Origin: an uncultured Candidatus Bathyarchaeia archaeon
GTDB taxonomy: Archaea; Thermoproteota; Bathyarchaeia; Bathyarchaeales; Bathyarchaeaceae
Assembly: GCA_964623205.1 (NCBI GenBank)
Contig: CAZUQX010000006.1
Span: forward strand, 45,354-109,353
Reading direction: 5' to 3'
DNA length: 64,000 nt
This document shows, one piece after another, positions 46,391-55,440 of the stretch (position 1 is its first letter; each line of letters begins with the position of its first letter). The notes beneath the pieces were generated by a model that made no database searches, was not told the origin of the DNA, and saw nothing but the letters and a program-made list of their open reading frames with translations. Position numbers and translations under genes: made by a program.

Positions 46391-49300
46391 TTGGAAGAGA
46401 GATACTGGAAGCTGTTTGATGAGGCGCTAGATGCTATTTTTGTGGTTGATGCTGAAACAGGGATTTTGGTTGATTGTAACCGTGCAGCAACAAAATTGGT
46501 TGGTAGAAAGAAGTCAGAGATAATTGGTAGGCATCAGCGTACTCTTCATCCTCAAAAAGGAACCAAGGATGGTTTCACCAGAGGTTTCAAAAAGCTTCGT
46601 GACGAAGATCCATCACAGGTTCTTGAGGCACAGGTCATTACCAAAAACGGAGAAATCAGAGAAGTTGCGATCAAAGCTAGTGTCTTCGAACTTGAAGGAA
46701 AGAGATTTCTACAGGGGACATTCCGGGACATCACTGAACGCAAAAAAGCAGAAGAGAAACTTAGAGAATCTGAAGAGAAGTATAGTAACTTAGTTGAGAA
46801 CTCCCAAGATTCCATTGCGATAGTGGATTTTATGGGGAATGGTTTGTTTGCCAACGAAACAACAGAAAGGTTAACGGGTTATACACCGGCAGAGGGGAAG
46901 GGAATGAACATAAGAGCGCTCATTCCCAAGAAGTTATGGCCAAAGACTGCCGCGCTGCTACTTAAAGCGAGAAGTGGAAAGCCAATCCCCTTTTTTGAGT
47001 ATGAGTTGAAGAGGAAAGACGGAACAGTTGTTCCAGTTGAGACTGGAGGTCAGGCGATCTTCAAAGATGGGAAACCTGTGGCTGTACAAATCATAACCAG
47101 AGATATTACAGAACATAAGAAGGCAGAAGAATCTATTCGGATATCAGAGGAAAAATTCAGGAAGATTTTTGAGAACGCAAGTGATTGCATAGTATATTTG
47201 GATAAGTCAGGCAGAATTCTTGATGCAAATAGAAAGGCTTTGCAGGTTTTTGGTGGATCTAGAGAAGAAGCACTAGGGAAGCACTTCACCAAATTGGCAA
47301 TAATCTCTCTTGAAGAGGTCCCGACACTCCTGAGGAACTTTGAAAACATTCTTTCTGGAAAAAAAGTTACTCTAGATGTAACCATCAAGAACAAAAAGGG
47401 CCAAAAGATACCGCTAGAATGTTCAGCTTCTGTTACTAAAATGGGTAACACATCCACGATAACAGTCATTGCAAGAGATGTCACCGAACGTAAAAGAGCG
47501 GAAAAAGCTCTTGCAGAGAGTGAGTTGCAGTATCGGAGTCTTGTTGAAAATGTGGGTGCAGGGGTAGCTATAACAGACTTGGAAGGCAGATTTGTTTTTG
47601 TCAATAGGGCTCTCTGTAAAATGATTGGTTACTCTAAAGAGGAAATGGTTGGCAAACCCTTCGCTGACTTTCTTCATCCAGAAGATAGGAAATGGATACA
47701 ACAGATATTTTTGGAGAGTTGGAAAAACCCTGGCCGAACACTTGCAATTGAATTTCGTGTGATACATAAGAGGGATCACGTTATCCACATGTATTCCTGC
47801 CCAACCGCGACTATTGATAACAACAAAATCGTTGGATTCAACGCTATCATCTCAGACATCACAGAACGCAAAAATGCAGAGGAGGCTCTCAGGAAGAGAG
47901 AAAGTGATTTACGTAGGGCTCAGCAGATTGCTCGCTTCGGAAGCTGGGTTTTTGATCTGAAGACTGATCGTGTAGAATTTTCTGATGAGATATTCAATAT
48001 CCTTGGAATAACAAAAGAACAGTTCAACGGTACACTTGAGTGTGCCATCAACCTCGTCAAACCTGAAGACCGAACGAGAGTGCAGAAGTGCTATGAAGAC
48101 TTAGTAATTCGACACAAACCCGTGTCAATGGAGTACTCGATTATACGTCCAGATGGCTCTGTGCGCCATCTTTGGGGAAACGGTGAAGTTGAGTTTGATA
48201 AAAAGGGCGATCTACGATACATAATCGGCACGGTGCGGGACATCACAGAGCGCAAGAAAGCAGAGGAAGCGGCGGAGAAAGAGCGGCAGGAGCTTGACCG
48301 AATTATTGATTCTTCGCCAATCATAATTTTCTACAAAGATAACGAAGGAAAATTCTTACGCGTTAATCAAGCGTTTGCTGAAGCGCTCGATTTAAGTAAA
48401 GAAGAATTTTTGGGAAAAACAGTTTTTGACTTCTATTCTCCCAAGATTGCACAAAGCATGACAAAAGACGACACAGAGGTTTTTGAGTCAGGGCGTCCCA
48501 AACTTGGCATAATAGAGCAGTATGAATCCGCAAGGGGTATTAGATGGGTTCAGACAGATAAGATTCCTATAGTTAAAGAAAACGGCAGTGTAATCGGTCT
48601 CGTAGGCTTTGCACAAGACATTACGGAACGCAAGAAAATAGAAAATAGATTGAGGATAAGCGAGTTTAAGTTTCGCACGGTCGCGGATTTTACCTATGAT
48701 TGGGAATATTGGCTGGCCCCTGATGGTACTTTCGTTTATATGTCTCCTTCATGCGAGAGAATAACTGGATACAAGCCTAAAAAGTTTATTAAAAACCCGA
48801 GACTGCTACAACAGATAGCCAATCCCGAAGACGCAGCAGCCGTTGACGCCCATTTTGACTTGTTCAACTCAGAAGAAGTGAATGAACTTGAATTTCGAAT
48901 CAAACATCGAAATGGCGAAACCCGCTGGGTTCACCATCTTTGCCAGCCCGTTTTTAATCATGAGGGCAAGTTTTTGGGACGGCGAGCCTCAAACCGAGAC
49001 ATAACTGAACAAAAAAAAGCTGAAAAAGAAAAAACTAATTTGCTGCATGAACTGGGCGACTACGTCAACAAACTTGGTTGCCTTTACGAAATCTCAAAAC
49101 TTGCTGAGGATCCAAACATCTCGCTAACAAAATTTCTTACACAAACAGCTAATCTGCTACCTTTGGCATGGCAATGGCCAGCCATTACACGCGCAAGAAT
49201 CGTCTGGAAAAAAGATGAATACAAATCACGAGACTTCAATGAAAGTAAGTGGAAACTAGAATCTAAAATCAAGATACAAGGAAAAAATGTTGGAAGCGTT

Positions 49301-50197
49301 CAAATATATTACCTAGAAGAAAAGCCAATGTCTGATGAAGGCCCATTTCGCATGGAAGAGAGGGAATTAATGGATGTTGTCGCAGAAAGGCTTGGAAAAA
49401 CGATTGAACGCCACGAACTGAATGAAACCATCAGGAAATACTCTGAACACTTAGAAGAGTTGGTTAGAGCAAGAACCAAGAAACTTGTGAAGACCCAGAA
49501 ACAACTCTTCAGGTCTGAGAAACTGGCTGCTATGGGCGAATTATCTGCTATGGTGGGACACGACCTGAGGACTCCCATGCAATCAATAATGGTTACCTCA
49601 AGCTACCTCAACGAAATAATCCCCCAATTAAGCGATTCAAAACTAAATCGCGAAAAAGCAATTGAAGTACTTAAACATCTCAATGATTCAGTGCAATACG
49701 CAGACCAAATAATCATGGACATGCAAGAGTTTTCGCCACGCAGAAAACCAAAAATCCACAAAATTAGTTTAAACACAACAATCAAAAAAGTTATTGCACA
49801 AACTAAAGTACCCAAAAAAACATTAATTATAACTGAGCTAGCCCGCCTTCCACGAGTAGAAACAGATAAGGAAATGATACAGAGAGTTTTCACGAACTTA
49901 ATCACAAACGCAATACAAGCAATGGATGAAAAAGGAACGCTTACAATTTCAACCAAAAAAACGGACAAATCCGTTGAAATAAGTTTCAAAGACACAGGCT
50001 CTGGCATCCCAAAAGAACACCTCAAAAAAATCTTCTCAGCACCATTCACCACAAAAACAAAAGGCATGGGCTTCGGTTTACTCATTTGCAAGAACTTCGT
50101 TAAGATTCTTGGCGGCAACATCATAGTAAAAAGTAAAAAAGGAAAAGGATCAACATTCAAGGTTAAATTGCCCATTCGCCAGAAGGAGAAGAGGTAA
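46391..50197 (+). CDS. Multi-PAS sensor histidine kinase (7 PAS/PAC modules + GAF-like + HisKA + HATPase_c)
   Basis: There are seven modules, each ending in '(R/S/Q)D(I/V)TE(R/H/Q)KxxE'. The H-box is 'MVGHDLRTPM'. The N and G boxes are 'NLITNAIQAM', 'DTGSGIP' and 'GMGFGL'. Confidence 0.9.
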   Translation: MEERYWKLFDEALDAIFVVDAETGILVDCNRAATKLVGRKKSEIIGRHQRTLHPQKGTKDGFTRGFKKLRDEDPSQVLEAQVITKNGEIREVAIKASVFELEGKRFLQGTFRDITERKKAEEKLRESEEKYSNLVENSQDSIAIVDFMGNGLFANETTERLTGYTPAEGKGMNIRALIPKKLWPKTAALLLKARSGKPIPFFEYELKRKDGTVVPVETGGQAIFKDGKPVAVQIITRDITEHKKAEESIRISEEKFRKIFENASDCIVYLDKSGRILDANRKALQVFGGSREEALGKHFTKLAIISLEEVPTLLRNFENILSGKKVTLDVTIKNKKGQKIPLECSASVTKMGNTSTITVIARDVTERKRAEKALAESELQYRSLVENVGAGVAITDLEGRFVFVNRALCKMIGYSKEEMVGKPFADFLHPEDRKWIQQIFLESWKNPGRTLAIEFRVIHKRDHVIHMYSCPTATIDNNKIVGFNAIISDITERKNAEEALRKRESDLRRAQQIARFGSWVFDLKTDRVEFSDEIFNILGITKEQFNGTLECAINLVKPEDRTRVQKCYEDLVIRHKPVSMEYSIIRPDGSVRHLWGNGEVEFDKKGDLRYIIGTVRDITERKKAEEAAEKERQELDRIIDSSPIIIFYKDNEGKFLRVNQAFAEALDLSKEEFLGKTVFDFYSPKIAQSMTKDDTEVFESGRPKLGIIEQYESARGIRWVQTDKIPIVKENGSVIGLVGFAQDITERKKIENRLRISEFKFRTVADFTYDWEYWLAPDGTFVYMSPSCERITGYKPKKFIKNPRLLQQIANPEDAAAVDAHFDLFNSEEVNELEFRIKHRNGETRWVHHLCQPVFNHEGKFLGRRASNRDITEQKKAEKEKTNLLHELGDYVNKLGCLYEISKLAEDPNISLTKFLTQTANLLPLAWQWPAITRARIVWKKDEYKSRDFNESKWKLESKIKIQGKNVGSVQIYYLEEKPMSDEGPFRMEERELMDVVAERLGKTIERHELNETIRKYSEHLEELVRARTKKLVKTQKQLFRSEKLAAMGELSAMVGHDLRTPMQSIMVTSSYLNEIIPQLSDSKLNREKAIEVLKHLNDSVQYADQIIMDMQEFSPRRKPKIHKISLNTTIKKVIAQTKVPKKTLIITELARLPRVETDKEMIQRVFTNLITNAIQAMDEKGTLTISTKKTDKSVEISFKDTGSGIPKEHLKKIFSAPFTTKTKGMGFGLLICKNFVKILGGNIIVKSKKGKGSTFKVKLPIRQKEKR

Positions 50198-50203
50198 TAA
50201 CCG

Positions 50204-50773
50204 ATGAAAGACAAAACCAGCATCCTAATAGTAGAGGACGACCCAAGCTTGCGAAAAGTTTGGAAAGTCTTCTTTGAAAATAAAGGATATATTGTTGAAA
50301 CTGCAGAAAACGGAAAAAATGCAATCCAAAAATCAATGCTCAAATTTTATAATGTCGCACTTATAGACATCAAATTGGGAGACATTGAAGGCACAGAAGT
50401 ACTTACAAGCATGCACAAGAAATGGCCAAAAATGGTGAAAATCATCGTCACCGGATATCCAAGCCTAAGAAATGCTGTTAAATCATTAAACTATGGAGCC
50501 CACGCATATTTAATCAAACCATTCAAACCCGAAAAGCTAATGGCGATTATAGAAGAAAAACTGGAAGAACAAAGCGCTTTAATTCGTGCAGAGGAGGCAC
50601 TTTATCAGCTTACCTCGAGAGGACACTTGGCGATACTAGTAGATCGACTAGAGACAGATAACATCCTCGAAAAAGCAGATGAAACTACAATTCAAGAACT
50701 TTTGTCAGCCTTAAAAAAGGCACTATCAAGTATTGAAGAACAAATCTCAGACCAGAAAAAACCAGAACATTAG
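50204..50773 (+). CDS. Response regulator (REC domain plus a helical tail of about 65 aa; no recognisable output domain)
   Basis: 'ILIVEDDPSL', 'ALIDIKLGDIEG' and 'KIIVTGYPS...AYLIKPF'. The start lies 7 nt after the kinase stop. Confidence 0.9.
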   Translation: MKDKTSILIVEDDPSLRKVWKVFFENKGYIVETAENGKNAIQKSMLKFYNVALIDIKLGDIEGTEVLTSMHKKWPKMVKIIVTGYPSLRNAVKSLNYGAHAYLIKPFKPEKLMAIIEEKLEEQSALIRAEEALYQLTSRGHLAILVDRLETDNILEKADETTIQELLSALKKALSSIEEQISDQKKPEH

Positions 50774-51369
50774 GTACCCTAAGTAAAAAGTCCAATACTT
50801 TAAGTTAAGTTATCTCTACTATCTTACAAAACTTAATGCACACACAATACTTGTCAGACGAGGAAAAAAATAATCGCTAAAGGTGCATTGAAGCTTTATC
50901 CAGAACTGGAATCCCCAATAAGATCAAGCCGGTGAAGGGTCGGTAAAACATAGAACTGGGAAGCAAACAAGCTAAGAAGTCAAGTTGAGCCATTAAAATT
51001 CAACAGTTATATAGATCCTCAAAAATGGTTGTTCACTAAACGTTGGAGACATCACCACATCTCCCGCAAATCCCCTTTTCTTTCTCAGGGTTGTTGATAG
51101 CTTCTCCAAGCGTCAGGGTTTTGATATTTTACCTTGAGGCTATCGTAGGCAAACATTGAATGTAGCCATTCTTGGAACGCTTTGTTTGAGCGCTTCATTG
51201 ACGACATTTTAGATCAGCAATTAAAGGTTTTCATGATGAATATATGGATTAACTCGAACACAGAAATATATCAAAAAGCAGAATATGTTCATAGGCTAAC
51301 TCTTAACAGAAGTTTTGGCAGCCTTCGCAGCTCCACAAATAAAGAAACTCAAAGACAATAGTGAAAACG

Positions 51370-51843
51370 TTATGGAAATGGTTGTTCTTTCCATTTTTTT
51401 AGGTTTTCTTCACATTTTTTCTTTATGTTTTGGTCGTTGCTTTTGTCTTTTAGGGCTTCAATGAATTCGATACGCTTGTTTACAGCCCGCACTTCTCCAG
51501 TCTCGTAGTAAAGCCTTCCCTCAATAAAGTCCTTCATCTGCTGAGCCTTCTGAATAATAAACCCAGCATCATCAATAGGGTCATCGAGAGCTTTCACGTT
51601 AAACCATACAGCTACCTCCTGCTCGCGAAGCTGACTTAACCCATCGATCTCACGGATAGTCCTAATATAGGCCCGCAGAAAATCGTAGTACCCCGCAGTT
51701 TTAATCAGTTCTAAGGCTTCCTCAACCTTACCCACAAAATCTGAACTTCCATCCACCCTTAAATCATGCTTGTAGCCCTTCTCGATAAGGGCGCGAGCCT
51801 TCCTCACTTCTTCAACAGTGTAAACTCTCTCTGGAAAATCCAC
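51370..51843 (-). CDS. Hypothetical protein
   Basis: The GTG start lies 7 nt after GGGGTGG. The composition looks coding. I recognise no motif. Confidence 0.5.
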   Translation of the reverse strand: MDFPERVYTVEEVRKARALIEKGYKHDLRVDGSSDFVGKVEEALELIKTAGYYDFLRAYIRTIREIDGLSQLREQEVAVWFNVKALDDPIDDAGFIIQKAQQMKDFIEGRLYYETGEVRAVNKRIEFIEALKDKSNDQNIKKKCEENLKKWKEQPFP

Positions 51844-51866
51844 TTTTCGTCCACCCCGATAATTAA

Positions 51867-52193
51867 TCAGCTTAGAAGCTTGTAAATCTTAAGGTTCTTT
51901 CCTCCAGAGACGTACTCAACCATCTTTCGCCGCTCTAACTCTTTAAGGAAATTTTTTGCTAAGCTCAAACGTATGTTAAAGCGTGCAGCCACAACGGAAG
52001 GAGTAAGAACCTTCATCCCTTTCAGGTCTCCCAATACTTTTTTGCTATTGATATCGGGCATAGTCAAGCCAACGCTCTTCTTTGCTGGGGGTGGTGCGCC
52101 TGTCTTGCGTTCTTTTCGTTTCTCTTCTTTAGGAGCCTTTGGTTTTGTCATTTGCTTGAGGGACTGTTTCTTTTTTCCACTGCCCATGATCAT
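51867..52193 (-). CDS. rps25e: 30S ribosomal protein S25e
   Basis: A Lys-rich N-terminus ('GSGKKKQSLKQM...KEEKRKERK') is followed by the wHTH 'LTPSVVAARFNIRLSLAKNFLKELERRKMVEYV'. Confidence 0.8.
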   Translation of the reverse strand: MIMGSGKKKQSLKQMTKPKAPKEEKRKERKTGAPPPAKKSVGLTMPDINSKKVLGDLKGMKVLTPSVVAARFNIRLSLAKNFLKELERRKMVEYVSGGKNLKIYKLLS

Positions 52194-52241
52194 TTCACCA
52201 AAGTTTTGAAGAAGAACCGCTCCTTATAGCCTTTCCTCCTT

Positions 52242-53729
52242 CTAGGCTACAGCGCCAATATCGATCTTATGCTTCTCTCGCCACTCTTTCAGGGGCGTCC
52301 CCATCTTTTCCTCAACTTTCGTTCTGTGAATAGAGTTCATGGTACAGAAGGGAATAATTCTGCCATCAGGCACGGCATAGTGGATACAGCATCTTTGAAC
52401 TCTTTCCAAATCGAAGTTGTAGGGATCCATGAAATGCATAGAGGAGATTAGAAGCATTTTTCTGTGAAGGGTTCCCAAGGATTCGTAGGAACCAGTTCTC
52501 AGAATAGGCAAGAGATATTTTCTCAGCAAACCAAACTTAATATGACGAAGGGCTCCTATCAAGCGTAATTTTGCTTTTCTCTTGTGCCCCTTCGCAGCTT
52601 CCTCGTAGACCTTTTCCATGCTCTTTATGAACTTTTCAACATTGCCGTATCGGTTGATTGGAATCATATCGTCGCCTTCAACAAAGGCGTAGGTTGCCAT
52701 ACCACAGTGAGGGTGGGCGGTAAACTCTACGTATCGTTTATCCCGCAGGGAGCCAACTGCTCGAGATATTGGGACAACACTGGGCACTGGAAAGAAATCG
52801 GAGACCTTTATCTTTCCATCTGTCTGTTCTTCAACGAGCTTCATGAAGTCGGGGATCGTTATTCTCATTTTTTCTCGTTCCTCTTCAGGGATTCTGCCGC
52901 AGATGGATACGGGTTGAACGTTCACGCATCGAATCAAATCGAAGTTCTTGATCGCGAATCGAATAATGTCTCCCAGCTGATGGTCATTGACACCCTTAAC
53001 CAATGTGACGACTAATACTATGCTGAGTCCAGCTTCACGGCAGTTTTCAAGAGCCTTCATTTTAACGTCAAGAAGGTCTACTCCTCGCGTGAACTTGTAG
53101 ACATCCGAGGTTAAACCGTCAAACTGGAGATACACTGTGCTCACTCCAGCCTCAAGCAGACCACGACAATAGTCCACGCTCTGAGCCAGCCGGAGACCGT
53201 TAGTGTTAACCTCTACATGATGAAATCCCAGTTCTTTGGCTTTCCGTACAAGATCGAAAAGGTCTTGCCGAATTGTAGGCTCGCCTCCCGAAAACTGTAA
53301 TGCTGGAGGCGGAACTGGGTCGTTGCTTCTGAGGTTTTCAAGCATCCCAACGATTTCCTCTTTCGATGGTTCATAGACGTATCCTGCTGCTGCTGCGTTG
53401 GCGAAACAGACTGGACATGTCAAGTTGCATCTGTTGGTTATGTCAATGATGGCGAGGGCTGTGTGGGATTTGTGTTGGGGGCAGATGCCGCAGTCGTAGG
53501 GGCAGTCAAGTTTCGTTTCAGTTCGAGGATTTAGAAGTCCATCACCGTCGCACCTGAGTTTTTCAGCTCGTTGATATTGTTCGTAGTCCGACCAGTAAAT
53601 TTCCCTGAACTTTCCGTGTTCCGGGCATTCCTTCTCGATGTAAACCTTGTTGTCTTCTTCGAATATGATGGCGTCTAAGACTTGTAGGCATTCTGGGCAT
53701 ATGCTTTTTGTCTCTTTGATGACTCGCAA
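52242..53729 (-). CDS. Radical SAM protein, MJ0619/Tes (GDGT-MAS / tetraether-lipid synthase)-like
   Basis: The N-terminal rubredoxin-like motif is 'CPEC...CPEHG'. An auxiliary cluster motif 'CPYDCGICPQH' is present. The radical SAM motif is 'CNLTCPVC', followed by 'LQFSGGEPT'. The length is about 495 aa. Confidence 0.65.
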   Translation of the reverse strand: MRVIKETKSICPECLQVLDAIIFEEDNKVYIEKECPEHGKFREIYWSDYEQYQRAEKLRCDGDGLLNPRTETKLDCPYDCGICPQHKSHTALAIIDITNRCNLTCPVCFANAAAAGYVYEPSKEEIVGMLENLRSNDPVPPPALQFSGGEPTIRQDLFDLVRKAKELGFHHVEVNTNGLRLAQSVDYCRGLLEAGVSTVYLQFDGLTSDVYKFTRGVDLLDVKMKALENCREAGLSIVLVVTLVKGVNDHQLGDIIRFAIKNFDLIRCVNVQPVSICGRIPEEEREKMRITIPDFMKLVEEQTDGKIKVSDFFPVPSVVPISRAVGSLRDKRYVEFTAHPHCGMATYAFVEGDDMIPINRYGNVEKFIKSMEKVYEEAAKGHKRKAKLRLIGALRHIKFGLLRKYLLPILRTGSYESLGTLHRKMLLISSMHFMDPYNFDLERVQRCCIHYAVPDGRIIPFCTMNSIHRTKVEEKMGTPLKEWREKHKIDIGAVA

Positions 53730-53814
53730 TTTGACACCACTGATAGGGGTAATATTTTTAAGCTGTTGCAGAGCCTATAAGAACATTTCCAAACTTTTCA
53801 GAAGGTGAAAAAGG

Positions 53815-54579
53815 TTGTCTACGCCTGTCAGCGAAGATGCAAAAAAAGCTCTGCGCCAAGTCGGATTAACAGAATATGAGACCAGAGCATATTTGATCTT
53901 GCTTGAACGTGGTGTCATGACAGCCAGCGAGGTTAGCGAATACAGTGGCGTTCCATATTCCAAAGTTTATGAAACACTAAATTCCCTTGAGAGAAAGGGC
54001 TGGATCGAAGCTGAGCGTGGTAGGCCCAGCCGCTATTTTCCAAAAGCTCCTTCTGAAGCGTTGGAAGCTGCTAGACTACGCTTGGAAGACATGGTGAACG
54101 GTTGGAAGCGTGTTGTTTTGGGAGAGCTTCAGCCTCTGTATGAAAGGCGGGAGCTACTGGAGAAGCCTGACATCTGGATTCTGCGAGGCGAATTCAGCAT
54201 CTTGGCAAAGTTGAGGGAGATGCTGGGCGTTGCCCGAAAAGAGTTGATGATAGCTGCGCCTGCTTTTGCGAAAGATTTTGTGGATGCTTTTGCTGCCGTT
54301 TTGGGTCAGCTGCGGGATAGTGGGGTTAGTGTTCAGGTTATGATGGCTGGGGATTGGGATGTTAAGAAAATTGCGGAGGTTGGGGAGACTAGGGTGCGGG
54401 ACGGTTTGTTTGGTGGAGGAGTGATCGTGGATGGCAAGGAGGCACTTCTCTTTCTGGGCGAGGCAGAGACTGGAGGTAGTTATTCAGGTTTGTTAGTTAT
54501 CTGGAGCAAACATATAGGACTAGTGAAATTTGCCCGAGAATACTTCCAACTCCTATGGGACACAGCACAACCAACCTAA
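53815..54579 (+). CDS. TrmB-family transcriptional regulator
   Basis: 'LRQVGLTEYETRAYLILLERGVMTASEVSEYSGVPYSKVYETLNSLERKGWI'. The TTG start sits behind AAGGTGA. Confidence 0.85.
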   Translation: MSTPVSEDAKKALRQVGLTEYETRAYLILLERGVMTASEVSEYSGVPYSKVYETLNSLERKGWIEAERGRPSRYFPKAPSEALEAARLRLEDMVNGWKRVVLGELQPLYERRELLEKPDIWILRGEFSILAKLREMLGVARKELMIAAPAFAKDFVDAFAAVLGQLRDSGVSVQVMMAGDWDVKKIAEVGETRVRDGLFGGGVIVDGKEALLFLGEAETGGSYSGLLVIWSKHIGLVKFAREYFQLLWDTAQPT

Positions 54580-54739
54580 CACATTTAACTTCACATATTA
54601 GGAACCTAATAATACTTCATTGTTGAAAACTAGCTTTTTTCTGTTTTTCCAAGCAAGTTAATGATTTGTTGTCTTAAAGGTTGTTGATAAAAGAAAAGAA
54701 TTTAATAGTTGGACGTAAGGAATTGACGGAGAAACTGCG

Positions 54740-55093
54740 GTGAGTATGATGGATTTTTGTCCAGACTGTGGAACTCGTTTGATTTCTAAACGTGAAGGAG
54801 AAGGAACGAAGGGCGCCCTCCAGATTGTATGTCCCAAATGTGGTTATAAAAAACCGGGGAAACACCAACCTGTTGTTACACCCAAGAGCATAAAACGTCC
54901 TCGCAAAGAATCAATAACAGTGATTGGAAAAGAACATCAAATACGAACTCTACCAACCGCTAGAAAAACCTGTCCAAAATGCGGCAACAACCTTGCTTAT
55001 TTCTGGCAAGTGCAAACTAGAGGCGGCGATGAAGGCTCAACACTATTTTTCAGATGCACAAAATGTGAACACACATTCCGAGAATACACCTGA
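54740..55093 (+). CDS. tfs: Transcription factor S (TFS; RpoM/TFIIS-type)
   Basis: The N-terminal zinc ribbon is 'FCPDCGTRL...CPKCG'. The C-terminal ribbon is 'CPKCGNNLAYFWQVQTRGGDEGSTLFFRCTKCEHTF', which carries the acidic DE loop. Confidence 0.9.
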   Translation: MSMMDFCPDCGTRLISKREGEGTKGALQIVCPKCGYKKPGKHQPVVTPKSIKRPRKESITVIGKEHQIRTLPTARKTCPKCGNNLAYFWQVQTRGGDEGSTLFFRCTKCEHTFREYT

Positions 55094-55137
55094 ACACTGG
55101 AGAAAGTCGTAGTTTTAAAAATGGAGAGCGTTTCTGG

Positions 55138-55386
55138 GTGGGAAGAACCGACAGCCAAAACGGGCAACGATTAACCCTGAGATGCCCATCTTGTAAGCGT
55201 GTCCTCAGAATCTACTACCAGAAAAAAACTGTTGCTTCTCCCGCCAAACTGGTTGTACTCAACGGTTCTGTGCATCAAACAGAACAGACCAGCAGAATTC
55301 ATGTTCGCTGTAAATGTGGCAGCAAAGCGATTTTTGAGAGGCAATCACCTGACATAAGCAGATATGGATGGAGACGTATTTTATAG
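55138..55386 (+). CDS. Small zinc-ribbon-like hypothetical protein
   Basis: 'CPSC...(x36)...CKCG'. GTG start. No other support. Confidence 0.3.
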   Translation: MGRTDSQNGQRLTLRCPSCKRVLRIYYQKKTVASPAKLVVLNGSVHQTEQTSRIHVRCKCGSKAIFERQSPDISRYGWRRIL

Positions 55387-55440
55387 CTTCAGGTCAAAAA
55401 GACTTAACATCATGACTATAAAATCAATGAATGATGTGAA

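Noticed and set aside
49603-50343. 246-aa minus-strand ORF, along with 47050-47604, 47423-47788 and other minus-strand ORFs within 46391-50197
   Set aside because: They are antisense to the PAS histidine kinase and response regulator, whose domain motifs are clear. The antisense translations are Ser/Phe/Leu-rich mirrors of Lys/Glu-rich coding sequence.
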